Assembly: GCA_013239625.1 (NCBI GenBank)
Contig: MU053444.1
Span: forward strand, 1-64,000
Direction of reading: 5' to 3'
DNA length: 64,000 nucleotides
DNA from: Lama guanicoe
Lineage: Eukaryota
Made by a program: the position numbers and the translations under genes. Positions 39,041 to 49,890 of this stretch are shown here, one piece after another (positions within the stretch are counted from its first letter, which is position 1; each line of letters begins with the position of its first letter). Below the pieces are notes generated by a model that did not search any database, was not told the origin of the DNA, and worked only from the letters and a program-made list of their open reading frames with translations.

Positions 39041-39739
39041 TATCTTTAAATGGGTGAAAATGGAGTAACTGGTGGCATGTTCTTTTGGAGAGAAGTCTGT
39101 GATAGCAGAACCAATGAAAGTATCCCTTCTACATCTATAGAATTACTTAGGTTATGAACTAGTTGTAACCAATGAAGGGGATATGCTTCCTTTCAAGGGA
39201 GAATCTATCACTGATTCAGGGGTCAGCAGGTGCTAGCTGTCATCTTCATTCTGAATAGGACCAGTGAAGCTATGGACATGCCCTGAGGGAAATAGTGGAA
39301 GTGACAGCAGGTCTCTGCTGATGAAAGCTTCACATGCTTTACATAATCCTTGAGATCTTAAAATGGCAGGTATTCATACTCCCTGCATTTGCAAAAATTT
39401 CATGTCCCTGATCCATTGTAGTTCTGACTGTGTGGACCCAAGGACAACGGGGTTGTCTGAAGCATAATTTTCACGTGGCTGATAGGGTTTCAGTTCCTCA
39501 CTAGGCAGGTTTTTTTCTGGCCACTGAAGAATGCACATTAAAGATCCCATTTTTAAAGTGTTTTCCTTCCATCTACCTTCTTAGTCATAGTCCAGAAGCA
39601 TGTACTCAGTGTCCCTGGCTGCTCCTGATGGCTGCCCCAGAGAGAAAGCTACAAAATAAGTGAACCATGTTATTTACAGTAACAGCGGGAGGCTGGCTTG
39701 CACCTGCCGGGGAGAGCAGAGGGAGTGTTTACAAACCCC

Positions 39740-39960
39740 TCCGGGAGCCACACTCCTGCATCTGGATCCCAGCTCCGATGCTAGCTGTGGGGCCTTATGC
39801 AAATTTATTAACCTCTAGGGGTCCAACCTCCTCACCCATATAATGGGGGGATAATAATAGCAATTTATAGGACTATTGTGATGAGTCAATGATTTACTAA
39901 TTGTGAAGACAATTAGAACATTAACCACAGGCATGTGAAAACCTCTAAGTATTAGCTATG
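39740..39960 (+). mobile_element. MIR
   Basis: ATCCCAGCTCC...TAGCTGTG...GCAAATTTATTAACCTCT...CCTCACCCATATAATGGGG. Confidence 0.7.
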
Positions 39961-40289
39961 AATATGGTGACCAAAGTATTAAAGAGGTGTTTTTCTTAGT
40001 TTTTAAGCCATCAGTTTGTAGAGAGAGCATTTTATTTTCTGCTCTACTCTCTTTCATCATCCTTTTCTTCACAGCTAAGGCTTCATGCTTGTGAAAGGAA
40101 TAACTTTTTGATGTGTGTGTGATTAAATGTGAAAATTAGTTAAGGCTGAGAAAAATATATTATAGAAGGTATATTAAGCCTTCCTCTCTTGTACAGCACA
40201 TATAGGCCATTTAAATAGTATGCATTTTTAAAAAGTCTGCATAATAATTTTTTAATTATTTATTAAGTAATCATAATACTTAAGATTCT

Positions 40290-40450
40290 TTAAATGCTTA
40301 CTATTGTTTCAGCACACATCTATTTTTCTAAATCCTCACAATCACCCTGTGGGGAAGGTAATATTATATCTCTTTTACAGATGAGGAAATAGAGCCACGT
40401 GGAGATGATGCAATTTGCCCCAAATGAAGCAACTATTAAGTGAAAGGACT
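40290..40450 (-). mobile_element. MIR
   Basis: AATCCTCACAATCACCCTGTG...TTTTACAGATGAGGAAATAGAG. Confidence 0.7.
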
Positions 40451-40799
40451 GAAACACTCAAAGAACCCAAAGACACACTAACTGTATAGCACTGTCTCCT
40501 ACATGGTCTGTGAAATCAATTCTAATTCATTTCAGAACTTTTACAAACTTGACACATTTCCATTTTTCTTCCAAGCACTTAATGGGTTCAATATTTCTTA
40601 AGAAACGGGAAAGCTTTCCATTCTCCTTCCTCAAGTTTCTTCTTATTTATCATCTTTTCTGATCATAAATTTAATATATTCTCATTAAAGAAAATTTGAA
40701 AGTACTCAATAGTGGACAGAACTGCTGTCCTGGATCTGTCCCCAGTCTTAGAAGAGGACCCAGAATTTGCTTTAGGATAAATAACCTCCCTTCTGTTTT

Positions 40800-41295
40800 T
40801 AGTCCTGTGATTTAAGCTCGATTGACCCACTCTTTCTGAAGCACCAGAGGTAGATCTCAGTTGGTTTTAGACAAATAATATCCCTCATTCTATTCACTTT
40901 GAATACGATTTGAGAATTGGCAAATAACCCAGGAAGAGCCACTATTATGTGAGGAGATAAGTGCTGGTACCCATGTGAATGATAAGCTTCCTCTATCAAG
41001 AGAGGAAGCTGCCAAAAGAGACCTCTCTTGGTTTGGACGGATGTGTGATCTGGGATGCTGAGTGCCTAGATGCAGCATGATGAGACAGATTTGGACACAG
41101 AATGAAGACAGGACAAAACCAGCCCATGACATCATCTGGGCTAAAGTATCTCTCCTTGACTGAAGCCAGACCTCAGACCTGAGGTTTTCATTTACAGGAA
41201 CCAATAAATCCCATGCATCCCCATTTCTTGGTTGTTGTTTAAACACAATGGAGATTGATTTAGTCACCTACAATCAAAAGACTCCAACTCTGAAA
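40800..41295 (+). mobile_element. Old MaLR (MLT1-like) LTR remnant
   Basis: 3' part CTGAAGCCAGACC...GAACCAATAAATCCC...TCACCTACAATCAAAAGACTCC. The 5' boundary is uncertain. Confidence 0.5.
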
Positions 41296-41389
41296 ATGAA
41301 TAAAAAATAAAATAAGAAAAATGCTTCTACCTATGGACATAATCCCTTCAGAATGGTGCATTTTTGTATATTACAAAACATTTTATATA

Positions 41390-42440
41390 TTCATTTTATT
41401 CTCAAGCCTATCATAAGCATAACACTTTGACATGTCATAAAATATTTTCATGGACACACTTTTTCATGGCTGCATACTATTTTACTTTGTGAAGGGTTGG
41501 AAGAATATTTTAGCTGAGATTTTATATATATATTTACATATAAAAGTATGTCTGTGACTTGCATCCATACTGACTTTTCCCTTCCATTTTGAAATACTTC
41601 CTGATTAAAAGTTTTTCAAAGCTGAAGTAGTGGATTAAAGCATATGAATATTTTTGACTCTTGATTTGGACTGCCAGACTGCTTGCTAAGAAGGCTTCTG
41701 GAGTACACCAGAAATCAACACAGCATTGTAAGTCAACCATACTTCACAAAAAATATCCAGTAACCTAGGCATGGGATTGGTGATCACTGGTATTTCATCC
41801 TCATAAACAGAGCTGTGTCACTTGAGCTGGAAAACTATTTCATTTTGATATGCACTGAGTGAATTACCATTGGAGTATGACATCTATTATTTTCCTTAGT
41901 GAATGTGTATTCATTTTCTCTGCCTTCTACGCTCCTGAGATTTTTTGATGTTACCTTTCAAGTGATCTGAACTCTCTATGTATTGAAGGAATTAGCCCCT
42001 TCTCTGATTTGTAAACAAATAATATCCTCTGGTGTTTTGTTTAAAATTAGGATGCTCTGATGCATGGAAATCTTTGTATACTTTCCTCTGAAACTTACTG
42101 TTCATCTAGACGTTGTATACTCATCCATATTTATTTCTAGTTTTTTTTCTAATTGTGTTACTTTTTAAATGTTTCTGGAATTTATCACAATATATGGTTC
42201 ACTGTATGATTTCAATCTTTTCTTTTCCCCCCAAGTAGCTAACAAGTGTTCCATTCACTGAATAACCTTTATTTATCTCCCTGATTTGTAATGCCTTCCA
42301 TCTCTTATATTAAATTATTATTGATATCAGAGCCCATATCTGGACTTCCTGCCCTATTTTCTAATCTGGCTATTCTTGAACTAGTAAAACTCTCATTATC
42401 TTATTAATTATTATATTACTAATATGATTTTATTCACAAT
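41390..42440 (-). mobile_element. Ancient L1M fragment, interrupted by a ~50-bp younger L1 3' tip (+ strand, 41703-41752)
   Basis: T-rich antisense L1 motifs (TTTTCATGGCTGCATACTATT, GAATTAGCCCTT). The insert reads GTACACCAGAAATCAACACAGCATTGTAAGTCAACCATACTTCACAAAAAA. Confidence 0.6.
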
Positions 42441-42889
42441 AAAACCCAAATCAATTTTATAACTTCTGATATTTTGGAGATATGATCTTTTAATCTAGAA
42501 TCATGTGATTAAAGCATCTTTTATATCTGCAGTAGTTTTTACTTTTATTTTTTGATAGTTCCTACTTTCCTTTTGTTAGGCTATTCTTAGACATTTTACC
42601 TTGGTTTTTAATCTTGGAAAATTTTAGAAATCTTAATAACTCCATCTGGCCTCTTAATCAGACCCTGGAGAATCCTAAACCACTGATCTGATTTGAACAA
42701 ATGAGTTGAATAGAATTGGGGGAAGCACTGTGAGCAGAAGAGACTGTGGAACCTCCAGAGTGGTGCCCTGTTTTGGCTCAGATGTTCTCTGGAAAAAGTT
42801 TTCTCTATGAGACTACATAGTTCCCAGCTTGACTTTCAGGTTTCTCAGCATTTCACATTAGATTTTAAAAGTCTGTGGCAGGTTCTTAC

Positions 42890-42965
42890 CCAGAAAAAGA
42901 GCACTTGCACAAAGGGTTATATGTATAAACTTTCCCCAGGTGGTAAATGGAACACGTTCTTCTTC
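42890..42965 (-). pseudogene. ANO6: ANO6 pseudo-exon (~exon 12)
   Basis: Reads ttttttaattag|EEERVPFTTWGKFIHITLCASA, then a 2-nt deletion before FFW|gtaag. Length 76 nt. Confidence 0.93.
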
Positions 42966-43529
42966 CTAATTAAAAAAACTAATTTAGCCAATCAAGGGAT
43001 TACACAAATGCAATGATTTTTCTCCTAACTGGTCACTAAATACTAAACATAATTTAAAAATAAATAATTTTCAGACATAACCCCTTATTTGTAACTGCAT
43101 GGGTTTTTTTCCTTTTTTTTTTCTTTTCTTTTCTGTTAATGATGTCAAACCCAGAACAAAATACGTACAGTGTTCATTTTAATACTATTTTTTGAAAATG
43201 CACGTGTGAACAGTAAACTGTTTCCCTGCCATGGTCTGAGCTTAGGGGTCTGGGTACCTGATGAGGCCAAGCTGTAAAGCTCTATTCCTGAGCTAGCCTT
43301 AGATTTCAGAAGTGACAGTAGTGACAGCTTAGAGTCTGTGCAGGACAGGAAGTATCACAGGTGTCTGGAGCTAACTGGCCTCCACTGTGTGTTTCTTGGT
43401 TGAGTTTTATGTGTTAATTTGTTACAACTATGAAGTTTTAGAGTTTCCATTTTAGAGTTTATATTTAGATTTTTTTTTAGAGATGAAATCAGTAAGACTC
43501 AAGATTTACCTGGATTATAAAAGCAGATA

Positions 43530-43780
43530 CAGTATAATAATAGCTGTAACTAAGTACATGGTCCTACCTCTGTGCCAGGAAGTCTTCCAAGTAGATTCTG
43601 TACATTACTTCGACCCGTCCTTATCACAGTCATGAAGAAGCAATTCTCTTATCCTTATTTTATAGGAAACTATGGCACAGAGAATTTAAGTTGTCCAAGA
43701 TCACTCAGGAAGCAAGCTGTTGTGTTCATATATGAATTTAGGCAACTTCATTCCCAAGGTCTCACTACCACAACACTGGC
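43530..43780 (-). mobile_element. MIR
   Basis: CCTACCTCTGTGCCAGG...TTTTATAGGAAACTATGGCACAGAGAATTTAAGTTGTCCAAGATCAC. Confidence 0.7.
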
Positions 43781-45032
43781 CTGTCTAAACAATGGAGCAT
43801 GCTTTCACAAGTAAAGTAAAATTCTTCAATTAAAAAACTAAAAAAAAAAAATTAGGCAATTTTTTAAATAAGGAACAACGATAAAGTGAAATGAGTCTTC
43901 ATCTTCAATTTTTCAATAAGCATGTTCCAATGAAAATTTAAACTTATTAGCTGGCAATTTTAAATTTAAAATTAGCAGTTTAAATGACCAAAATACTTTT
44001 CTTCAGTATTTTTTGTATGCTGCCAATATGATACATTTTTGTTTTTCAGGACTCAAAAGCATTATGAACATCTAATTTTGTCTAAGATTCAGCTTTCATC
44101 TCTGAATGTACAGTCTTTCACCAACATATGCTTTTACCCCCATCTTCAGTTGTAAACAATGGGAACTATACATAATGGGAATTATTAGAAGCTTATTACA
44201 TTGTGAAAGACAAATGTCACTTTCTATTGGTAGCTGAACCTCATTTTTTTCCATTTATAAAAAGAGGAGTTTGACCTGCTCACTCCAGACATTTTCAGTG
44301 CCAACATTCTGTACATCTGTGATTCAATTTATTAAATCTATATTTGGAGACATTTTCAGATGCTCCTAGTAAAAGCATTTTCGTTCCAAGTGTTATTCAT
44401 GCTCACAACCTACTGTCCTGCTGTTCCTGACTGCAAGTACCATCAGCTCTAAATTATCTCAGCTGATGGAAAGAAGCAATATTACAGATGACTCAAAAAA
44501 ACATCTTTTCATATCTCTGGAATGTTGATAAAAAATATATAGTTTTATTTTTTTTAATTTTGCATCAGGAGTGGCAGCTATAATTTTACATTTCCAATTA
44601 CGTAAAATGCTTAGATCAAACACTGCTCAAACACTGATGGTACCTCAACAAAGGTTTTCCTGCTTCTTCTACCCTTTCTCTGACTTTAGGATGAGAGCCA
44701 TGTTGCTTTGTGCACATCCCAAACGTAAGGGGGAGCAGTGATCGGGACTTAGTTCAAGACAAAGGGGCACCTAGTCTACGATGAAAAGGAGGCCACAAAA
44801 ATGAAGGCACATGTGAAAAAATGGGAGTCAACTATAAAAACCAATGTGTCTTTCCTTCTACATCTATGTCATAGCAGCTAATTTATATTTTGCATTTATT
44901 TATTGGTGTTATGAAAGGATACAAATCAATGCCTATTTTCTTATACGATTATACCAGTCTTTTTCTTTTCCCCCTTTTTACTGTTATTATGAATGAAGGA
45001 CCACACTTCTCTTCTGTGTCCACCATTCCAGG

Positions 45033-45213
45033 CAGTGCTCCTTCACCTTGGCTGCACATTAGAATAACCAGAGGAGCTTTAAAAACTTCCCTATGCCAGA
45101 ATGCACCCCAGGCCACTAAGTACCATCAGAGTTTGCAGTGATGGAATCCAGGCACCAACATTTTTTAAGGTCCCCTGGTGATTCCAACATGCAGCCAAGG
45201 CTGATAAGTCCTG
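45033..45213. mobile_element. MER5A-type hAT/Charlie MITE
   Basis: CAGTG...CTTGGCTGCACATTAGAATAACC...GAGCTTTAAAAA...GGTGATTCCAACATGCAGCCAAGG...CTG, with internal inverted similarity. Confidence 0.8.
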
Positions 45214-45255
45214 AAGTAAACAGACTAAAGTGCATTTAAAGAGTGCCGGCTTTTC

Positions 45256-45392
45256 CTGGGAAATCTCATCTATCTCCACGTGGGAACACCGCGCCTCCTA
45301 TTCTGGCCGGACTTGTTCTTCCTGCTCAACCGTGTCCCATTTGTACTCAAGTTCTGCCTGGTGCCGCTTCCAGAACTCCAGAAGTAAGGTGA
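45256..45392 (-). pseudogene. ANO6: ANO6 pseudo-exon (~exon 11)
   Basis: Acceptor ctctctgttag. Translates TLLLEFWKRHQAELEYKWDTVEQEEQVRPE*EARCSHVEIDEISQ, against human [47 protein letters not shown] (recalled). TAG at 45298-45300, a 6-nt deletion, and a donor reading GA instead of GT. Confidence 0.95.
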
Positions 45393-45717
45393 CTAACAGA
45401 GAGAGAGAACAGCAGAAAGTGGATCTTCAGTGATGACTGATGCTTAAGAAATCTGTACTTAATATTTATTACCCTTAACACTTTGGTAAATGGTTAATAA
45501 AATCACATTTTATTTATAGGCGATACTAAAGAGAAACATAAGTTAATGCCTTTTTTTAAGAAAAAAGAAGATGTAGATAATTTATTGACCTTTTGAAAAC
45601 AGACTAGCTCTCTAGCTCAGGGGAAGGGTATTAACATGATGGTCAGAGGCAGGTGACTGTTTCTGATGCTAAAGTACCTGCTACCAGCACATTATGCCCA
45701 CTAAAAACACAAATATT

Positions 45718-45812
45718 GGGGGGAAGTGTGGTTATAGCTCAGTGGTAGTGCATGTGCTTATCATGTACAATGTCCTGGGTTCAAGCCCCATGCCTCCATT
45801 AAAAATAAAGTA
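45718..45812 (+). mobile_element. tRNA-derived SINE (camelid Vic-1-like)
   Basis: A-box TAGCTCAGTGG, B-box GGGTTCAAGCCC, A-rich tail, and a degenerate TSD AAAAACACAAATA / AAAAGCACAAGTA. Confidence 0.8.
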
Positions 45813-46239
45813 AAAAAAAGCACAAGTAACTGTCAATTTAAAAGCAGTGCACGGTCCACCCTCCAAGCCTTCTCCTCACATCCCTTTGTCTCTTCTGTCC
45901 AAAGGACCTGAGGGTGGGGAATGGGCTGAGAATGCTTTCATAGGCCCTGCATTTCTATTTTCCACCACCCCAGTCACAAAAAATTAAAATAATATTCTTA
46001 AATATGGAAAATTGCCATTTTCCTCAATCTTCGGTAAAGTAATTTTTAGAAATCATCATTCTTTTTTAAAACTCATAACTTCAAATAGTGGACAAAAACA
46101 ACATGAAATATTAATTGAAAATGTGGCTTCAGGGTAAATCCCCTAAGCCCTTCTTCCAAGCAGACTGCTACCCCTAGGCCCCAACTCTAGAGAAATTCCA
46201 GAATAACCACTGTTCCCTCCAACATTATACCTGGGTCTC

Positions 46240-47015
46240 TACCGTGCTCTGAGACTAAAGAAAATACACAGTCCCTGCTTCCGGGAGCTCCTAGGTGCAC
46301 AGGACTCATCGTGAAATGATGGCTGAGGAGGTGTGTTAAGAGGGCTTGGATAACAGTCAGCAGAGGGTGCTCGGGGCAGAGAGCCAGAACTGTAGCCAAG
46401 GCTCTCCCAGAGGAGGGAACCACTGTGGTGAGTTCTGAGATGCCCTAGAAGTGATCAGGTGAAGGTATAATGTTAAGGTCATTTCTCCCTGGGGAGCTGC
46501 ACATGCAAAGGAGGGAGGCCAAACAAAGCCAGGTCCCTTCCAGGAACTGCAAATAGTCTAGAAGTGATCACAGGGTGTGGGAGGCAGGTGAGGCAACCAG
46601 GTGAAGAGATCATAGGTGCACATCACAAAGGACTCTGTGTGCCTTCAACGTAGAGGAGACATGCAAAGTGATCTAGAAAGAGACAAGATAGAGGCAGGGA
46701 GACCTATTGGCAGGTTCATGTGAAGGCCTGCTGAGGCTCCGCCAGGAGGAGAGAGAAGAAAACATTTCAGCAGGAGGACAGATTGGCCACAGGTGTGATG
46801 GAAGGGCAGGAAGAGGTCAAAGATGCCGGCCAGCTTTCTGGCTTTGGCAGTGTCCTAAATTATAGTGCCATTCCCTGAAATAAGAAGGGCATTAAGAGGA
46901 GCAAGTCATGAGAGGAGATAACCAATTCAGTTCTGGCTGGGTGCTTGTGGGCTCCAGGAGAGATGTCCAGTAGGCAAATAAAAGTCTAGAAATCGGGAGA
47001 AAGTTCTACGCTGAG
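46240..47015 (-). mobile_element. L2 fragment
   Basis: ACAGTCCCTGCTT, GCACATGCAAAGG, GAGGCAGGGAGACC, GGTCAAAGATG...TTTCTGGCTT, GGAGATGTCCAGTAGGCA. Confidence 0.7.
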
Positions 47016-47194
47016 CCAAGTAGTTTTCCTGTTTCAAGAGGCTAATGGGTGTGAGTGGACAAGTTCACGAGAAGAGGTGTAGAGGGGTAGCTCTCACCCT
47101 TCTGCACATGGGAAGCATCTGGGAGCCTTTAAAACATAGTGTTCCCCAGCCTGGAGTGGGGCCTTTGTACTGTTTATTGTTCTTTAAATACTTT

Positions 47195-47306
47195 CCTTTT
47201 TGTGGGGGGTAGTAAGCTTTATTTATTTTAATGGAGGTACTGGGAATTGAACCCAGGACCTCTTGCTTGCTAAGCACATGCTCTACCACTGAGCCATACC
47301 CTCCAC
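47195..47306 (-). mobile_element. tRNA-derived SINE (camelid Vic-1-like)
   Basis: The minus strand reads GGAGGGTATGGCTCAGTGGTAGAGCATGTGCTTAGCAAGCAAGAGGTCCTGGGTTCAATTCCCAGTACCTCC, then an AT-rich segment and a TACCCCCC tail. Confidence 0.85.
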
Positions 47307-49279
47307 ACGTTTTTCTGTTTTTAGACATTAGCTTACTGAGCAGCCAGGTTTGAGAATCAACCTGTAGAGAGCAGAGAGCCTTGGGGTAGAGATCAAGGAG
47401 AAGCTGCCCAGAGCCCTGCCCCACCAGGGGCAGCCAGAGACGCAGGGAGCCTCGGACGGGCTGTGAGGAACATCAACCCAACACTCCCCAATGGCAAAGG
47501 CGAAAAACATGTTTCAAGCACCCACTTCCCAGCAGTGTTTGTTCTGACTTTACTAGTTTTCCAGTAATACTGAGTGAGAATAGAAATAATCTGGACACAG
47601 GGATCATATTCAAATGGTGGTCCTGACCATTCTTACCTGAGTGATTACTGATTAATTAAAAGGTTACCCATCTGCCACGTGTAAACTGGGGGACCTAGCA
47701 CTGTGCTCGTGGGCTGCTGTTAGCGTAATGAAATGACATCTATAAAGGTCCTCCTGACTCTCAGAGGTAATTGTTACTATTGTCCCCATTTGGGACACCA
47801 AGAAACAGAGGCACAGAAAGCTTCAAACATTTGCCGAAGATGAGGGTTGTGGTCAGGAATCAAGCCAATTACTTCGTGGATCCAGAGCCCAGGATCTTCT
47901 TATGAACAACACGGCACTGCCCAGGTTCCCTGCTCCAAAACCCGCCTCCCTTTGGCTCAGTTCCATGGCACCTGTGCTGCACAGATGTCATCACTTCCTG
48001 CCTGCCTGACCAGTGTCTGATCCCAGCACTCCTCCCTCCATCCCACACACCATTTCCTTGGGCACACCAACCCTCACGAGGCCATTGCTGTGGCTACTCA
48101 GATGTTTACACGGAAATGCAGGTGGCAGCCCAGCTTTTTGCATTAGATACTGCTGTCAGCGGAGGCAAAGAGCTCCCAGTTGGTGGGGGAGGCCACTTCT
48201 GGTCTCCTCATGGCTGGAGAGCTGGCTGAAATCCAATTTCACTCTGCAACTAAGACATCCAGCATGAGAGATATGTAAGGCCATCTGGCCTCTCAACTTA
48301 GAAATGATGCCCCCGCAGTCATACTTAACATTGTAATCTCCTGGCTCCACCAGGGAGCAGAGGCCATGGCCTGTTGTCCACCAAGTTTTGTTTCCTTGCC
48401 GGATAGCTAAAATGGGGTGAGTTAACACTGGACCAGAAAATCTATAAAGCCCTCGTGTACAATTTCCTGACACTTGCAGGTCATCCAAATACCCCAGATC
48501 CTCCAAGTGAACAACTAGTAAGAGGAACTGAGCTTGCTCGTCTGTCAGACCCCTGATGGCAGGACTGATTTGGCTTCTCCTGCTCTCCGGATGATCCGTT
48601 CTCCTTCTGTGTGCCCTTCCCCGAGTGAAAGGGACTGTTCTTTGTTTATGGGCTAGGGAGTATTTATGGCTGTCTGACCAGAACCTTCAAAAGTAGAGCT
48701 CTTGGTGAGAGTGGAAGCATGGCACCCACGTCTCATGAGCTCAGCTACCCAACAGCCTCATCTAGCCAAGACTGTGGCCAACACCAGGGGTCCATGCTGT
48801 TGAGTGTTGGGTCTGGAGAGCAATGCCTCCACCACTGAGAAGCTGCCCCACCACTTGTGCCCTTGTCCCCATCGAGGGGGAGGCGACGCATCCATGGGAT
48901 AAAAGCCGCGAGGGCACTAGGTGACTGTGGACCAAGCTGTGACTGGCCGGTCCTGCCCCCCCATGTGACCCATGTTAGCCTCAAGTGCAGAAAATCCCCA
49001 AAGAGACCCCTGCTTGAGTGAATGGGTCACCTATAAGCCAACTGTCCTCGGGACGCCTAAGAAGCAACACAATATACACAGTGAGACACCCACTCACTGA
49101 AGTCCCCAAGGCTCACAGCTCCCTAATGTGACACCAGGTACCCCCAGCAAACAGAAGACCCTTACTTTATAATTGACTTGAGAATTCTACTGCCAACACT
49201 GCCTTCCACCTTCCACTTATAAAGTTCTTTCCACTCTGTCCCCTGCTCTGCAATTGTGCAATCAGTCCAGAGCTCTTCA

Positions 49280-49890
49280 TGAGACAGGAGTGAAGGGGGC
49301 AGGGCACAGCCATTAAAAGAATGGCACAGCCATTAGCACCGAGACGGTGGAAAAGTCAACTCCCAGTAGATCTTGAGCATCAATACACACTCACTGAAAT
49401 ATAGCAGGATGCTAAATGGCACTCCCACAGGTGCCAGGACAGGTTCAAGGCTGACCATAAAAGGTCAAAGGGTGAGTGGTGGCCAAATTTCTGTGAATCC
49501 CAACACCTTCCCCAAAGCGGTTGGAATATTCCTCCCACTTATTAATATATGAAGATACTGAGTTCATAAAAACTAACAACCCCACACCTCGTGGCTGCTC
49601 TCTCTGCTGAGGGAGACAGCCCACACTCTGTCTGTGGAGTGTGTATCTACTTTTACTGTAAACTGGAGCACCCAACCCCCATGCTTCATGGCCTTTCTCT
49701 TGCCTTCTGAAACAGCCGACTCTGTCTATGGAGTATATATCTCTCTGAATAAATCTACCTTTACTGAACTTTGGCTCTCTCTTGAATTCGTTCCTGTGCA
49801 AATGAAGGACCCACACTTCGTGAGGTGCATCCCAGGGAACAAATAAGAACTGGGATATGGCCATCCTCTCCCCCACCATTTACTGTATCA
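49280..49890 (+). mobile_element. ERV1 solo LTR, MER41-like (611 bp)
   Basis: Termini TGAGACAGGAG...CTGTATCA, 4-bp TSD TTCA/TACA (3 of 4 match), AATAAA at 49748-49753, and an internally duplicated ACTCTGTCTRTGGAGT motif. The family name is from recall. Confidence 0.8.

Larger units (their letters stand above)
18860..45392 (-). pseudogene. ANO6: Unprocessed ANO6 (anoctamin-6/TMEM16F) pseudogene fragment, eight exons (approx. exons 11-18)
   Basis: Eight minus-strand segments with AG acceptors translate in collinear order to anoctamin-6 peptides ([82 protein letters not shown].AFT). Every exon carries a disabling lesion. Confidence 0.95.

Noticed and set aside
47470..47512. FFAFAIGECWV as the missing upstream ANO6 exon
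   Set aside because: The similarity to VFAVFMGVWV is too weak, with no CIFDSFG part and no proper splice sites.
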